Origin: Camelus ferus
Lineage: Eukaryota
Reading direction: 5' to 3'
Assembly: GCF_009834535.1 (NCBI RefSeq)
Contig: NC_045697.1
Location: 99,264,001-99,328,000, forward strand
DNA: 64,000 nucleotides
A model generated the notes under the pieces. That model saw only the letters and a program-made list of their open reading frames with translations, was not told where the DNA came from and made no database searches. Below, in pieces: positions 39,881 to 52,700 of this stretch. The stretch's first letter is position 1. Each line of letters begins with the position of its first letter. The translations under genes and the position numbers were made by a program.

Positions 39881-40393
39881 TGGTAATTATGGCATCCACA
39901 AATATGTCCACAAATTTGTGACACTCCCTTCAGAGGGTAGAGCTAATTCCTCTCCCCTAGAGTGTGAACGGACTTAATGATTTGCTTCAAATGAATAGAA
40001 TACTGAAGCGGCGAAGCTGTGTGACTTCAACACTATGTCATAAAGGGCATTGTGACTCCTTCCTTGCTTTTTCCTGAATCACTTGCTCTGAGGAAGCCAG
40101 CTGTCATGTTATGAGAACACTGAAGCACCAAGCAGTGGTGACATCCGTGTGGGGAGGAATTGAGGCCTCCAGTCAGGAGCCATGGGAGGGAGCCCCCTGG
40201 GAGCAGATTCCCAAGCCCAGGTCCAGCCCTCAGATGACTGCAGTCCAGACGACAATGTTACTGCAACCTTATGAGAGATCTTGAGCCAGAACCACCCAGC
40301 TAAGCTGCTCCTGGATTCCCTCAGAACTGCTTGTTGTTTTCAGCTGCTAAATTTTGGATATAATTTTTTACACAGGAATAGATAAATAATATA
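39881..40393 (+). mobile_element. MLT1F-like ERVL-MaLR solo LTR
   Basis: gaagccagctgtcatgtt...cagccctcagatgactgcag...gagccagaaccacccagctaagctgctcc...tgttgttttcagctgctaaattttgg...aatagataa. Confidence 0.85.
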
Positions 40394-41989
40394 GTAAAAT
40401 TTCCAATAGAGCTCTTACTTATTTTGGAGTTGTTTTAAACATTTTACTAAAATGCCTGTTTTCATCTAAATAACTCCCGAGAGAGAGAGAGAAAGAAGCA
40501 GTTTTAAAGTAATAATAATTTTCATTATTTTTATGAATACTTGTTTACCTGCTCCTAATACCCAAAAAGTTAGATGTTCTAAGTGTTCAGTTGAATTAAA
40601 TCCCATCTTCCTTTTTAGCTTCTGATTTTGACAAAGACAAATGATTTCTCTCACATAGTAAAGTTCCAGAAATACTTAGGCTTCAAATTCAAAGGTATCT
40701 TCTAAAGTAGGGGGTGGGGAAGTGGCTAGATTTTCTCTGGAGGTGTTTTTTGCTCATTTAACAGAAATGAGCAAAAAGTATATATTTTCATAGTGTATGT
40801 TAAAATATGAAAAATAATTTTAAGTTTAAACAGAGATAATTGCAGGAGGAACAATCCTGTCATAGCCAGGATGAAAAGAAACTCTTTTCATCAGCATTTA
40901 AAACTTGTAAACCATGGATTTTTAAAAGAGAATAATACTCTTTTGCCACTTTGTTTGTAGACTGTCCATATAATTTTCACACATATGATAATATGTTTCT
41001 CTTAGAATCTTTCCATCTTTGTATGCCCAATACCTAGACATGTCAGGAACATAATCAATGTCTATTGAATGAATGAATGAATGATGAATGAATGAATGAA
41101 GTTAACTTAGAGGAAAACTGAAAGTTATACTCTCCTACACGATTAAAAAGGTATGACTAACATATGATATGATTAATGTTTTACCTTAAAAATCTGCATA
41201 TAGTATATACTATGGGTCTGATACTATCCTAAATGCTTTATGTAAATTAAGACACAGCATCGTCATAATAACCCTATTACTGTCGTCCCCATTTTCTAGA
41301 TGAAAAACCAAAGCTGAGAGAGAGCTTCTATAACCTGCTCCCAACCCTGCAGGTAATGAAGGGGTGAAGGAGGGACTTGAGCGTTTGTCCCAGCTTCAGA
41401 GTCCGTTCCTGCCCTGCCGAGGCAGCTCCCTAACTGATCTTACACTGGCTCCCACCAGCCAGCTCTTGAGTCCAGGGAAGGTAGAAACGCAGGGCAAGAG
41501 AATGGTGCCTACTTTGTGGCATTTTGGGGAACTGTGTTTATTCATGAGTTTCTCTCACTAGACCACCAATTTAACACTCTGCCAACTGTCCAATTATTCA
41601 TGTTCACGTGGAGCTAAGTGGGATCTCCTCCAGCTGCACACCTTTTTTTTCCTCAACATAATTAATGAAGCTCATCAAAACCCTAGAAAACAAGCCCAGA
41701 GCACCAGCCACTCTTATTGACATGTTAATAGGGGGTCAGGTGCTCCCGACCCACCGCAGGATGTTTATATGGCCCCGAGGCTGCTCACAAACATTCTGTG
41801 TTGATGATGGGGTTGGATGAATAAGGGCCATGCTCCTTCTGCTGAGATGCAGCCACGTTACACACAAGTGGCTGTGGAAGTATCTGAAGGCAGTGGGCCA
41901 CACAGAGTAGGTAAGTTCTAATGACAGGGGCCCAGAGCCTGCTGTGTGCAGCTCCCGATCAGGTGCTGGGCAATGGGAAATACTAGTCT

Positions 41990-42399
41990 TGTGAAGGAAA
42001 AGCCCAGCTGGGCTAACGAGCTAAGTCACAAATCTAAGTGTGATACGTGTCGGTTTACTGATCTAAGTTCTGCTGGGCTAACTCATAAATCTGAAGTTTA
42101 GTGTCAGTTTACTGGGCTAACAAGCTAACTCGTAAATCCAAGCTCAACAAGTGTCAGTAATGTGATCTGTTCCAAATTGATAAGCTCCAGTGTACTGATT
42201 CCTTGCTTTTTGTTGTTTGAACCTTATTGGCTAATAGCCCCATACTTGTAATTAACCCTATAAAACCTTATGTGCACGTCTTGGAGGTGCTCAGAGCTTC
42301 GGAGCAGAAGCCCCTCTGAGCCCGCCGGCGTAATAAATCTGAGTACTCCAACCCTCCGAGTGGTGCTTGTTTCTTGGCTGGCCTGTCATTTCCGTAACA
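41990..42399 (+). mobile_element. ERV1-type solo LTR, 410 bp, apparently young
   Basis: TGTGAAGGAAA...TTTCCGTAACA termini, perfect 4-bp TSD gtct (41986-41989, 42400-42403), ATTGG 42226, TATAAAA 42259, AATAAA 42332. Confidence 0.9.
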
Positions 42400-42451
42400 G
42401 TCTATTCTGTCAAGCTTAGGGTTATATATCTGTTAAGAGGTGACATAAAGA

Positions 42452-42598
42452 GGGGAGGGTATAGCCCAGTGGTAGAGTGTGTGCTTAGCAAGCACAAGGT
42501 CCTGGGTTCAATCCCCAGTACCTCCATTCAAATAAATAAGTAAACATAATTACCTACCTCCCACGCCAAAAAACAAAAATAAAGCCAAAAAATAAAAA
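42452..42598 (+). mobile_element. Camelid SINE (Vic-1-like)
   Basis: ggggagggtatagcccagtggtagagtgtgtgcttagcaagcacaaggtcctgggttcaatccccagtacctcc; perfect 17-bp TSD aagaggtgacataaaga (42435-42451, 42599-42615). Confidence 0.95.
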
Positions 42599-42719
42599 AA
42601 GAGGTGACATAAAGAATCAGCGGCTCTGAAACAGCACACCCACCCCGCCTCAACTGTCATTCTGCTTCACCTCTGGTCCTTCTGATCACGGAGCAGATTT
42701 TTGCTGCTGTTGTTTCAGA

Positions 42720-43044
42720 CCTGCCCTGTCCAACATGGTGGCCACGAGCCACGTACGGTTACTGAACACCTGAAACGTGACCTGTCCCAATTGAGTTGTG
42801 CTATAAAAGTGTGAAAGACACACCTGACTTCAGAGACTTGGCATGAAAAAAACAATGTCAAACATCTCATTCATGATTTTTATATGGATTACATGTTGAT
42901 ATCATCTTTTCATATACTGGGCTAAATCCAAATATATTAAAATCAGTTTCATCTGTTTGGGCCTTTTGTCACGTGGCCAATAGAGATTTTTCAGTTCCAT
43001 GGTTTGTATTTGTGGTTGGGACGATATTTCTGTTGGTGGGGCTG
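42720..43044. mobile_element. MER33-like hAT-Charlie element
   Basis: ctgtccaacatggtggccacgagccac...ctgaacacctgaaacgtga...gattacatgttga...tatttctgttgg. Confidence 0.75.
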
Positions 43045-43910
43045 CTCTGGAGTCTGGTACATCTAAACCTGTCACTGCTCTGAGAGGCAGGACGATTTTT
43101 CTCTGGGCTTTTCTGCCACCCTAATGACAATCTTACGAAGAGGTGATACTGAAACTAGCATTATCTGCCATCACGGCTGCTCTATGATCAGATGTGAACC
43201 ACCCTGCCTTCTAGGGCCTTTGGTTACCGTTTAGCCTGAGAGTTTCACACTCCAGGCCCCCCAGGACCACAGCACAGCACGGCAATGTGTGGCACACGGA
43301 ACTCAGATTCTCGATTCTTACAGCACTGGCCTGAGATGCTGACTCTCTGCTCTGGGCTTAGTGGCTTTTGGGGAACAAGCAGGTGTACCCAGAGCCCCAG
43401 CCTGTGCTTGTGCAGTTGGTGGATAGCACAGTGGTGTCCAGTGGAGGGTGCAAGGGGGCTGCCGTCACACCTGGGGTGCCTGTTTCCTAATTCTCACCCA
43501 GGCACTAGGAGCACAGTGGTGGCCCAAGGTGAACCGCTCTCTCCACCCAGAGAAGACCTTTCTCCTTGCCCTCACCACTGCCTAACTTCAGCTTGGCACC
43601 GCAAGTGTTTAAGCCCATTTAATGTCCTTTATAATGAACTGGCTGGAGCCCAGTGCAAGAGAGAGGCTCATGTAAATTTGCAAATGTCTCAGATGCAAAA
43701 GCAATTAGGGAATGCAGGTATGTTTATACAACCTCTTCTAGGGAATCATAGTATTAATAAATACCGAGAGTTATCAGTTTGTATACCATTTGGGGTCAAA
43801 AGTGTTTAGTAAATAAACATGTAATGGAAACCTGCATAAACTCACGAATCATACTAACTAATCATGACAAGGTATTGGAAATGTAACTACTCATGAAAGA
43901 AAGGTATTTT

Positions 43911-44012
43911 TGGGGAGCGGTGTTATTTATTTTGATGGAGGTACTGGGGATTGAACCCAAGACCTTGTGCATGCTAGGTGTGCACTCTACCACTCAGCCA
44001 TACCCTCCCCCA
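43911..44012 (-). mobile_element. Camelid SINE (Vic-1-like)
   Basis: ggaggtactggggattgaacccaagacc...ctctaccactcagccataccctcccc; TSD aaaggtatttt (43900-43910, 44015-44025). Confidence 0.93.
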
Positions 44013-44659
44013 TAAAAGGTATTTTGATTCTTCATCCACTGGGTCAGATGCAAACCATTTGGTGTCATAAGAAAGATTAACTCCATAGAAACTTGCTCAG
44101 GAACCAAGATATAATAGAATATCTTTGTATAGGAAAACAGCATTTTTTTTTTTTTCAAAGAAAAGTCCAGAGTTGCTATGACTAGTTAATGATGACATAC
44201 TAGTTTTAAAGCTTGGAACCCTGCTTTTCTTGTAATCCTGCATAATGACTATTTTTAGAGAGTACTCTCTTCAAGTAATAGATAAGATGTGACCAAGTAA
44301 ATCCTTATGATAGAACTATTAAGCAAAAGGAACATATGATAGTTTATTACTACTCTACTGAAAACAACTATTTTCATAATACTATGAATTTATTGAAAAG
44401 TAAATGCTTATAAATAACAAAAAGCCCAATTATAAAAAGCTTTGTGGCTCAATTTAACACAAACTTTAAAAAAATTGCTATGAGCCTACTTCACACCTTT
44501 TGCTGAGTGTGGAACATGTACCTTAGCAAAAGAGAAATACAAATCAGAAGAACAAGATAAACAGTAACAACTGTTTGAGATGCTTTAAAGAAAATAAGTT
44601 TTGCTACTCAGATGTATCTATGACATGCCCATCATCTTTCAGAAACCACCATACCACTC

Positions 44660-45230
44660 TGATATTTAACCTGATGGTCAGAAGCATTCGATTCATTTCC
44701 CTTTCGTCTTATATATTCAATCACCAAGTTCTGTTATTCCTTTCCTCTAAATGTTGCTCTGTCTGTTTTTCCTTAAATTTAAAATGCCACATCCAGATAT
44801 TCTTATCATCTTACACCTCAAATAGTAGAAAGTCCCCTAACTGTTCTCCCATGCATTTCATCTCACTACTCCCCAACTTGAGCCTTCCCTCCAGCCGGGC
44901 CATAATCTTCATCAACCACTTAAAGGACAAACTCCTTAGATGTACCAGAATGCCTTTCCACCACCCTCCCCACATCTAACTCTTACTCATTCTTGGTCAA
45001 CCTCAAAGAGTATCTCCCCTTGGAGGCTGCTCTCTTTCACTCCCAGCAGTCCTGACCTTTGGCTTTTCTCTGGCTTCTCTCTGCCCAGGAGCCCTGACAT
45101 AGACCTTAGTAAGGTGGCACTTCATCGCTGCTGCCTTATATTGACTTAACTGTGTGCCTCCGTATCTCCCCAACTAGACTGCACACTGCCGGACATTGTA
45201 AATGGTATTATCTTAGTATATCTTCTTAGT
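44660..45230 (+). mobile_element. L2 remnant
   Basis: ttcaatcaccaagttctgttattc...tctccccaactagactg pyrimidine-rich L2 pattern. Confidence 0.55.
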
Positions 45231-46150
45231 CTATAACTATCATTCTAAGAACTTGAGGAGTGAATATACTCAAGGAGGGTTTCCCTGGTCAGGTTTCACA
45301 ATTTTATATCCTTGTGATAGACCCTTAGGCTCATAGGAGGCTTGGGGTAAAAATAAAGCCAGACCTACTCTTATCTGTGTGAACACACTGGATATCCACT
45401 GGGGAGCACTGGCCGGCACTTAGGGTCCAGTGAATGACCTTGCAAGGAAGGGAATCTAAGACTCAGGAAGCAGAATGAAATTGAGCGCCTGGCCGAGGCA
45501 ACACCTCAAAGGCCAGGAACATCTGGGAAATGTGCTTGGATGCCACTCTTGATGTAACAGTGTCAGAGCATGGAACACCAAGTTGTGAGCCTACTGATGT
45601 GCCTGCCAGCAGCCTTGTCCTGAGAAGCATCTCCCAAAAGTGGTCCTAAGTACACTTGTGCTTCCTTTAATGTGTGCACTATCCACACCACGGCAGTCTC
45701 CCTTCCTACAGATGCCGAGGAAAGCAGCTCGGCACACACAAGGCCGTGCCCTCAGTAGGTCCTAAAACAGAAGATTGAATAACCAGCCCTCTCTTGGAGA
45801 GGCAAAGGGAAATTCCACCCTTCACCATGGTGGGAGTGGGCAGGAGGTATGGAGGATGAACTGCTTTGTCCTACTAAGGGATCAACAGGAGTAATTCTGT
45901 GATTTACAAAACATAGCTAGGGTCCACAGGATTTGATCTCTTAAAAATTCTCTAGCCTAAACCACATTGTACCCTAATTCCTCAATCTTACTTGAAATGA
46001 TATGAGACTTAGACCCTGCAGAATTTATAGTTCCACAGACAATAACTATCATATTTACGCATATGCAAATATTGAGGAATGAAATAAGCATAGGTTGCTT
46101 TAATTGCAGTTCCACAATTATCTTATGTCCTATTTCTCCATTAAAAAATG

Positions 46151-46240
46151 GTGGAGGGGGTGCGGGTATAACTCAGAGGGAGAGTGCATGCTTAGCATAC
46201 AAGAGGTCTTGGGTTCAACCCCCAGTACTGTCATTAAAAA
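46151..46240 (+). mobile_element. Camelid SINE (Vic-1-like), abutting a MER5-like remnant (to about 46366)
   Basis: gggtataactcagagggagagtgcatgcttagcatacaagaggtcttgggttcaacccccagtac; TSD taaaaaatg (46142-46150, 46241-46249). Confidence 0.9.
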
Positions 46241-47099
46241 TAAAAAATGCACCTTCTCAAGCCTCATCCCAGACCAGATTCTGTGTCTTTGGCAGTGGAA
46301 TCTGATTCCTTGCATCTTGAACAATTTCCCCAGGTGATCCTTAGACCCCCAAAAGTTTCAGAACTGTTTGATGGGTTGTAAGCTCTCTCAGTAAATAAGA
46401 ATATTCTCACCCCACAAAACCTTTAAAAAAGTATTCTCACAGGGGGCTAATTAAAACTTCTTTCTTCCTCAATACTATCATAAAATGAATTTCTTTCCTC
46501 AAACTCTTCCTTTTCTGCTATTTACTCTCATCCTATTTCTAAGTCTCTGACAGAATATCAATCAGGATTTTCAAAATATGCCAATGTGCAGATGGAAATG
46601 ACTTATTATACCAATCAACTGGAACATTTCATTTATTATCCTGAGTTTTGTAGTGCTTCTGCCCACTGGTTTCCCCTCAGCTGGGAGGCCCTGGATTCAG
46701 TCAGTGATGAGTGTTCTGTCAATATTTTACCTTGCATCTGAGTTGCCAGCTTCTGTTGGCTTAGTCGGGGTCATGCAACCTAAATTGTTTTTATAGTCCT
46801 TGAAGTAAGTCAATATTTTCAAGATTCTAAAAACTATTCAGGTTATAATCACAAGATCATATTCTAAACTAGCACGATGACCATGTTGACTCTGCTGTCC
46901 TGAATACCTGTATTTGACATGTAAATTTTATGTTAAGAGAGCATTTTAGCTTTTATGAAACCAGTTCTGCTAAAGCCCAAGATGTCAGAAGCAATAATGT
47001 GAAATATGCTGTAACGTATGAATTTCAATATTGGACAATGTTCAATATTTGTATAGAAAGATGTTGAAAGTCACTGAAGAAGCTTCTGGTAGATTGAAC

Positions 47100-48892
47100 A
47101 CCTCTATTCATCTCGGTTTTCTCCAACTCCCCAGTACAATGACAAGAAAGGAATACAGGTGATACCAGCATTCAAGGAGGATGGAAGATGGCAATAGCCA
47201 TTAAAAGGATATCAACAAAATTTTGGAAGATGAAAATCATATAGCTAAATGGTGAATGACTGAGAAAGCTAATTCTAACCCTGCATCACAGGAAGCCAAA
47301 ATTAAAGCAAGATGGTTCAAGCTAGAGAAGGCTGTAAATTCTCAGGAATCAGAAGCACTTCTGAATGCCAGGGTGGGAGGTGTGGAGTGCACTTTAAAGG
47401 AAAACTGGCCAAAGTTCTGTTTAAGGAAGAGGTGGACCAGACACAAAAGCCCAGAGGCAAAGAAGGAGTTCGGAGAGGTTAAGCCACGAGACTCCGGAAT
47501 CCTGGAGCTCAGCCCCAGGGAGGGTGGGTTGAGGAGCCATAAAAAACAGGGAGATTAAGGGAAAGTCTACATAATATTTAGTGAGACACCCCTCATCATC
47601 ACTACAACCACTCAGCTTCCTCTGCTCAGCTCCCAAAAGCCAGCCTCTAGATTTACGACTTTCTGCAGTGAGATCGTGGAAGTCTTTTCCCAATTGGCTG
47701 TAAGGGAAAAAAAATCTGCAGACACTGACCCAGTGAAGTAGCTGGGTTCTAGCTCAATCTGCCTACAAAAAGCCCCACATCTGACAAGCTCTGGCTGAGC
47801 ACACAGAGCAACTGATTTGCTTCATTGCGCCCCCCTCTTTAAAAAAGCGAACATTTGAGAAAAGCTTCCAACATGAAAGAAAGAAAAAGAAAATGAGCAC
47901 ATGGGAAAAGGGTGCTTAGCAGAAACAGAGACAAAACAGGGAGCACAAGAAAACTTAATTTAAAAATGATAATTAATATCCTTAAACTTACAGGGGTAAA
48001 TCAGAGAACAAGGAAGAGCTTATGGAAATTTAAAATGTGATAAATAAAATAATTTTAGAGTTGGAGCATAAAGCTGAGAAAATCTCACATAACAGAACAA
48101 AAGGACAAAGACTGAACAGATAGGAAAATTAGAGAACAATCCAGGAGGTCCAATACACGACGAATAAAAGTTCCAGAAAGTTAGAAAAAGAGAAAAGGGA
48201 AGGGAGAAATGATCAAAGAAATAATACAAGAACATATCTTAAGGACACATTTACAAAGTAAAAAAGGACAAGGTACATAGTCCCAGACACAGTAATGAAA
48301 AAGGGCTACTTTAAGGCATATCATCATGAAATGTCAGGGATAGAAGATTTGAAAAACTCTCAGAGTGAAAAAACAGGCTACGCACATAGAGAAGGGGATG
48401 CAAATGTCACTGGACTTCTCAACAGTATGAGAGCCACAGGATGGTGAGGAAATGCCTTTGCAAGTCAGATGCAACATGTTTTCTTATTTTTAATGCTACA
48501 TCTGGCAAACTATCACTCAGGTGTGAGGATAAAGACATTCTCAAAAATAGTATTCATAAAAACAATGTCCTGTGCACCCTTTCTTAAGAAGTTCTGAGGA
48601 TGTGCTCCACCAATTTAAGCGACTAAGCCAAGAAGGAGGAGGAGGGATCAAGAAAGCAGATAATGCAACATAGAAGGGGAGCGGGGTGAGATATTCCAAG
48701 AATGATGGTGAGAGGCAGTTGTGGGACCTCAGTTAAGAGGCAGACCAAGAATAAGAGGCAGACCAAGAAAAGTGCAGGATAGAAGAAGACTGGAACAAGA
48801 GGGTGTAAACCTTGGGGAGAGATACTGTATATTATTCATATATGTAAAAGAATAGAAGGAAGGAAGGAAGGAAGGAAGGAAGGAAGGAAGGA

Positions 48893-48932
<40 letters not shown>

Positions 48933-49760
48933 AACAAACAAACAAACAAACAAAGAAAGAAACAAAGAAACAGAAAAAGAAACAAAGAAAAAGAAACAAA
49001 GAAAGAAACAAAGGAAGAAAGAAAGAAAGAGAAAGAGGAGAGAGGGAGAGAGGCAAAGAGGGAAAGAGGGAGAAAGAAATTGAGAAAGAAAGAGAAGTAG
49101 GAGGTGGGAGGGGAGAGAGGGCAGGAGAGAAAGAGGGAGAGAGAGAAAAAAAGAAAAGAAGAAAATAATTCTTTGATGTGTTTGATCATATTGAAAATTT
49201 TACAGGGTCAGACAGGTTGAGGATAGATTGAAGGCAGGTGCAGAGATAATACCAAATTAAATAAAGAGGCAGTTATAAATCCCAGGGAAAATAAAAAGTT
49301 ACACAAGAAAGGAAATATAAGCATAGTAAGCTACAACTAAATTGTGAGGCTCTGTGCAAAAGTCAGTCATGTAAACATGGAATACTTTTCAAATCATAAT
49401 TTGTGATACATCTAGTTATACTGAGTATGGTAAGGAAAAAGAGAGACTATGTGAAGGGGGGTGGGCTTTTTTGTGTGAGGGTAGTGGAAGTGAGCTAAAT
49501 CCGTGTCTTCTGTGGTATCAAATAATTGAAATATTGGGAAACAGCAGTTTATGGAGATAAATAAGAGAAAACAACTTAATGAATTGAAGCAGCCACCTGT
49601 GGGAGGCAGAATTAGAACGGAGGAGACGAAGCAGGGGCTGCTCTTTCTCATCATGAGCCTTAAAGTACCATCTGACTTTCTGAACTATGTCACGTATGAT
49701 TTGGATAAAATAAACAATATATATTTTACAGAAACTAAACAAAGGGGCTCCAAGTTTTTA
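47100..49760 (+). mobile_element. Ancient L1M/L1ME/HAL1-like remnant (ORF1-like region), interrupted by a microsatellite
   Basis: A-rich, with ccaggaggtccaa...gttccagaaag...atcaaagaaataatacaagaa and ggacttctcaacag motifs typical of old L1 ORF1. Boundaries approximate. Confidence 0.55.
48853..49165. repeat. Compound purine-rich microsatellite (GGAA)n(GAAA)n(CAAA)n plus GA-rich tail
   Basis: Direct read. Confidence 0.95.
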
Positions 49761-52700
49761 AAGTTAAAGGAAATGTATCTTCAAAGAGATTTCCATGATG
49801 TCTGTGAATATAAGCACTCTGTTCTTTCTGTGGAGATTTTATGGCTACTGCACATGAGATCCAACAGATTTTGATAAAATAAAATTGAAAGGGGAAGACA
49901 TTCTGTAAAGTATAAGCATACATGGAATCATTATGATATACGCAGCCACCCACAGAAAATACACAGATAAAGAGTAAGGTAGGAGAGTGTCTATGACTCA
50001 TCTAGTCCTATGATCACAACTAAAGTAGTAAAAATTAACATCACATTTTGGAAATGTTTCACTTTCCACTCTTGCCTGTAGGAATTATTCTTGGGCTCTG
50101 GGTATCCGTGTATCCTTCCTTGACCAGCCAGTAGTCATTTGCTTTTGTTGTACTTCTTTCATAGTTGCTCCATTGTTTTTTTGTTCGTCAGACACAGTGA
50201 CAGAGTTTGCCATCCCAGTGATTTCCTTGTTCCACTGGCTCAAGATAACCACCTCCTATCAAAGGATTCTTTTCAGACTTGCCTTTCCAGTTCTTCTGTT
50301 TGATCTCAATAGCAGCTCTGTGCTATTTGTGCTAACACTCTCTCCCCTGGAGCTGATAATCAACTCTAAACATATTTTGGGGCCAAACTTTGCTCAGTGT
50401 CATCAAATGACTTATGAAACATCCTTACATTTAAGACACAGTGTTAAGTACTATGCAAAAATTAGCAAAAGCAGAAAGAGAGAGAGAGATACTGTCCTTG
50501 AGAAACAAGATCAGGAAAAGATAATGATAGACACAACCAAAGTGTGTTCTTGTCCTTTCAGTACAGAAACACATATTTTAACATGTATTTTAAAAACTAG
50601 CGTGCAGTAGCAATTCAGAAGGTCCACATACATGATGAAGAGAGGTTCCAGAAAGAAGAAAAAGAGAAGAGGGAAGGGAGAAATGATTATAACCCAGAGA
50701 GGATGTGAAAGCTTACAATGGTGGAAATTTTATTAAGACCTTTGTTGTCACTATTTTAGCTGATTTTCATAAAAATTAAGAGAAGACTGTAAGGAGTGAA
50801 AAGGGGACATGGAGGGAGAAAGGAAAAAAGAGTGAGTGTGGAGAGAAAGGGTTTGAACTACCTCCTAAAGCAAGGATTCACAACTCATATATGTAAATGA
50901 ATAGAAAGCAACGGTATCACCGCAACCCTACTGGCAAATTGGATAGTAAGGATTTTTAAAACAAAGAATTAGCAAAGTGTAAACCTTTAAAAAAAAAATA
51001 GGGTAGGTATTTTCCGTCCTTAAAAAAGTTTTTTTTTCCCCTAATGGTAGAATTAAACATACATGTATAATGGGACCTTTAAAAAATTCAGTAAAGTATA
51101 AAGAAAAAAAAAATAACTGCTTATAATTTTACCAACCAGAAATACCATTCTTAATATTTTAGCTACTCAGTATTTTCTATACTTATTTAAAAACACAATT
51201 TGGATCGTTAACATATGAGCTGTTGTATGATCATATTTCACTCATATTATGAGGAGTTCCATGTGATTAATCATTCATTAATAGCATGATTTTCATGTAC
51301 ATCATTTATTTTTCCAAAATGTTTATTTTGGTCCTAATTTTCCACTATCATACGTAACACCATGAGCATAATCTTTCTATCTAAATCTTTGTTCAATTCT
51401 CTAATTATAAGGAATAATATGTAAATTCTGAGAAGTGGAATTTTCAGATAAAACATTCACAATTTTGAAATAAGTTTTTTTATCTCCTTTTGGCTCTCTC
51501 TTTTTTGAAACTTACAGGAACAAAGTGAAGTTCTATTCATTTCGGAGAGGAATGGCATTTTCTGCAAATATCCCAAATAAGTAAACATCTGTGTAAGATA
51601 ATTATTTCAAAATAAATATTCTCATGTTATTGGCTTTTGTGCTCAAGTCATTCATTAAAACTAAGTGTTGATCATGGTCCTTGTGGCCAAGAAAGAATAA
51701 AGTGAATTTTCACTAGCAACAGCAGAAAACAAATAAGAACCACACCTGTGTATAATTATATTTTTGATCTCGCCTGTAATTCATGCTCGTATTTGTAATT
51801 AACTATTCTGAGAGCTGTGTCAATACTCCTCCACAATCAGATAAAAGCAATGAAACAAATGGTGTGTTTGCAGAAAGATATTCACATGTTTATATATGTA
51901 TTTTGAAGCTTGTTTCAAACAGTGGTGAGTTAGTATTTCATTAAAAAGCATACTTTTCCTTGATGGTTCTTTATGAGGTTAAGAAGTGATTATTCTAATG
52001 GGGAAGATTCTGTTCATCCTGAAAGCACCTTGTGAGATGAAAAAAGAGGAGGAGCCCATGAATTTAACCCAGAAAAGCATCACTTTTGTTTCTTCATCAC
52101 CTGACCGAGCCCTTTCAAAACAAGACCTTAGCAGCTCAAGGTTTCCGTTACTCACAGCCAGGCAAGCACAAGGACCCGAAATAAGCACCTACAAAATTCA
52201 TGTTCCAGCAAAGACAGGAGCTTTGTCCCATGGTAGCGAATTTCAAAAGATATTTAGTGAGGATGGGGAATGAGGATGGATCACACCGCGCCCACAGGTC
52301 TGCAGATTTCGAATTAATCATCCTTGGTCTGGCTTGGAGGAAGTATTTTACTGTAGCCCGTTTGAAAAACAGTGGGTGCAGAAGCACAATTTGTATTAAG
52401 ATTAACAGCAGACCATTCTGACAGCCTGTGATCTCATAAACCTCTGATGGGCGTCTGGGCTACAACAACATCCCTGTGTATTGGCTCTATTTCTGCCAGC
52501 TTCAGAAATTAATACTGAAATGTATAAAATGTTGCATTTTCCAATGGTATATATATATTTTAATGAAACCAAGATAAAGCATAAAAGTTCACATTTCAAT
52601 GAGGTTTTTCTACCTGCTACTGACTGCAGTTGATGTAAAGCAAGTTACATTTTTATTTCTCCAGACAGAATTTCTTTAGAGCTGGTTGGCATGTGCAGAC

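Noticed and set aside
42452..42525. tRNA-like sequence with A and B boxes (also in six other copies)
   Set aside because: Has the SINE tail and TSDs and is dispersed and diverged: a tRNA-derived SINE, not a tRNA gene.
48734..48769. 18-bp tandem duplication taagaggcagaccaagaa (a similar small one at 56277-56306)
   Set aside because: Ordinary slippage duplications in intronic repeat DNA.
48729..49189. F/L/S-rich ORFs (and C/V- or H/T-rich ORFs at 11920-12221)
   Set aside because: Translations of microsatellites.
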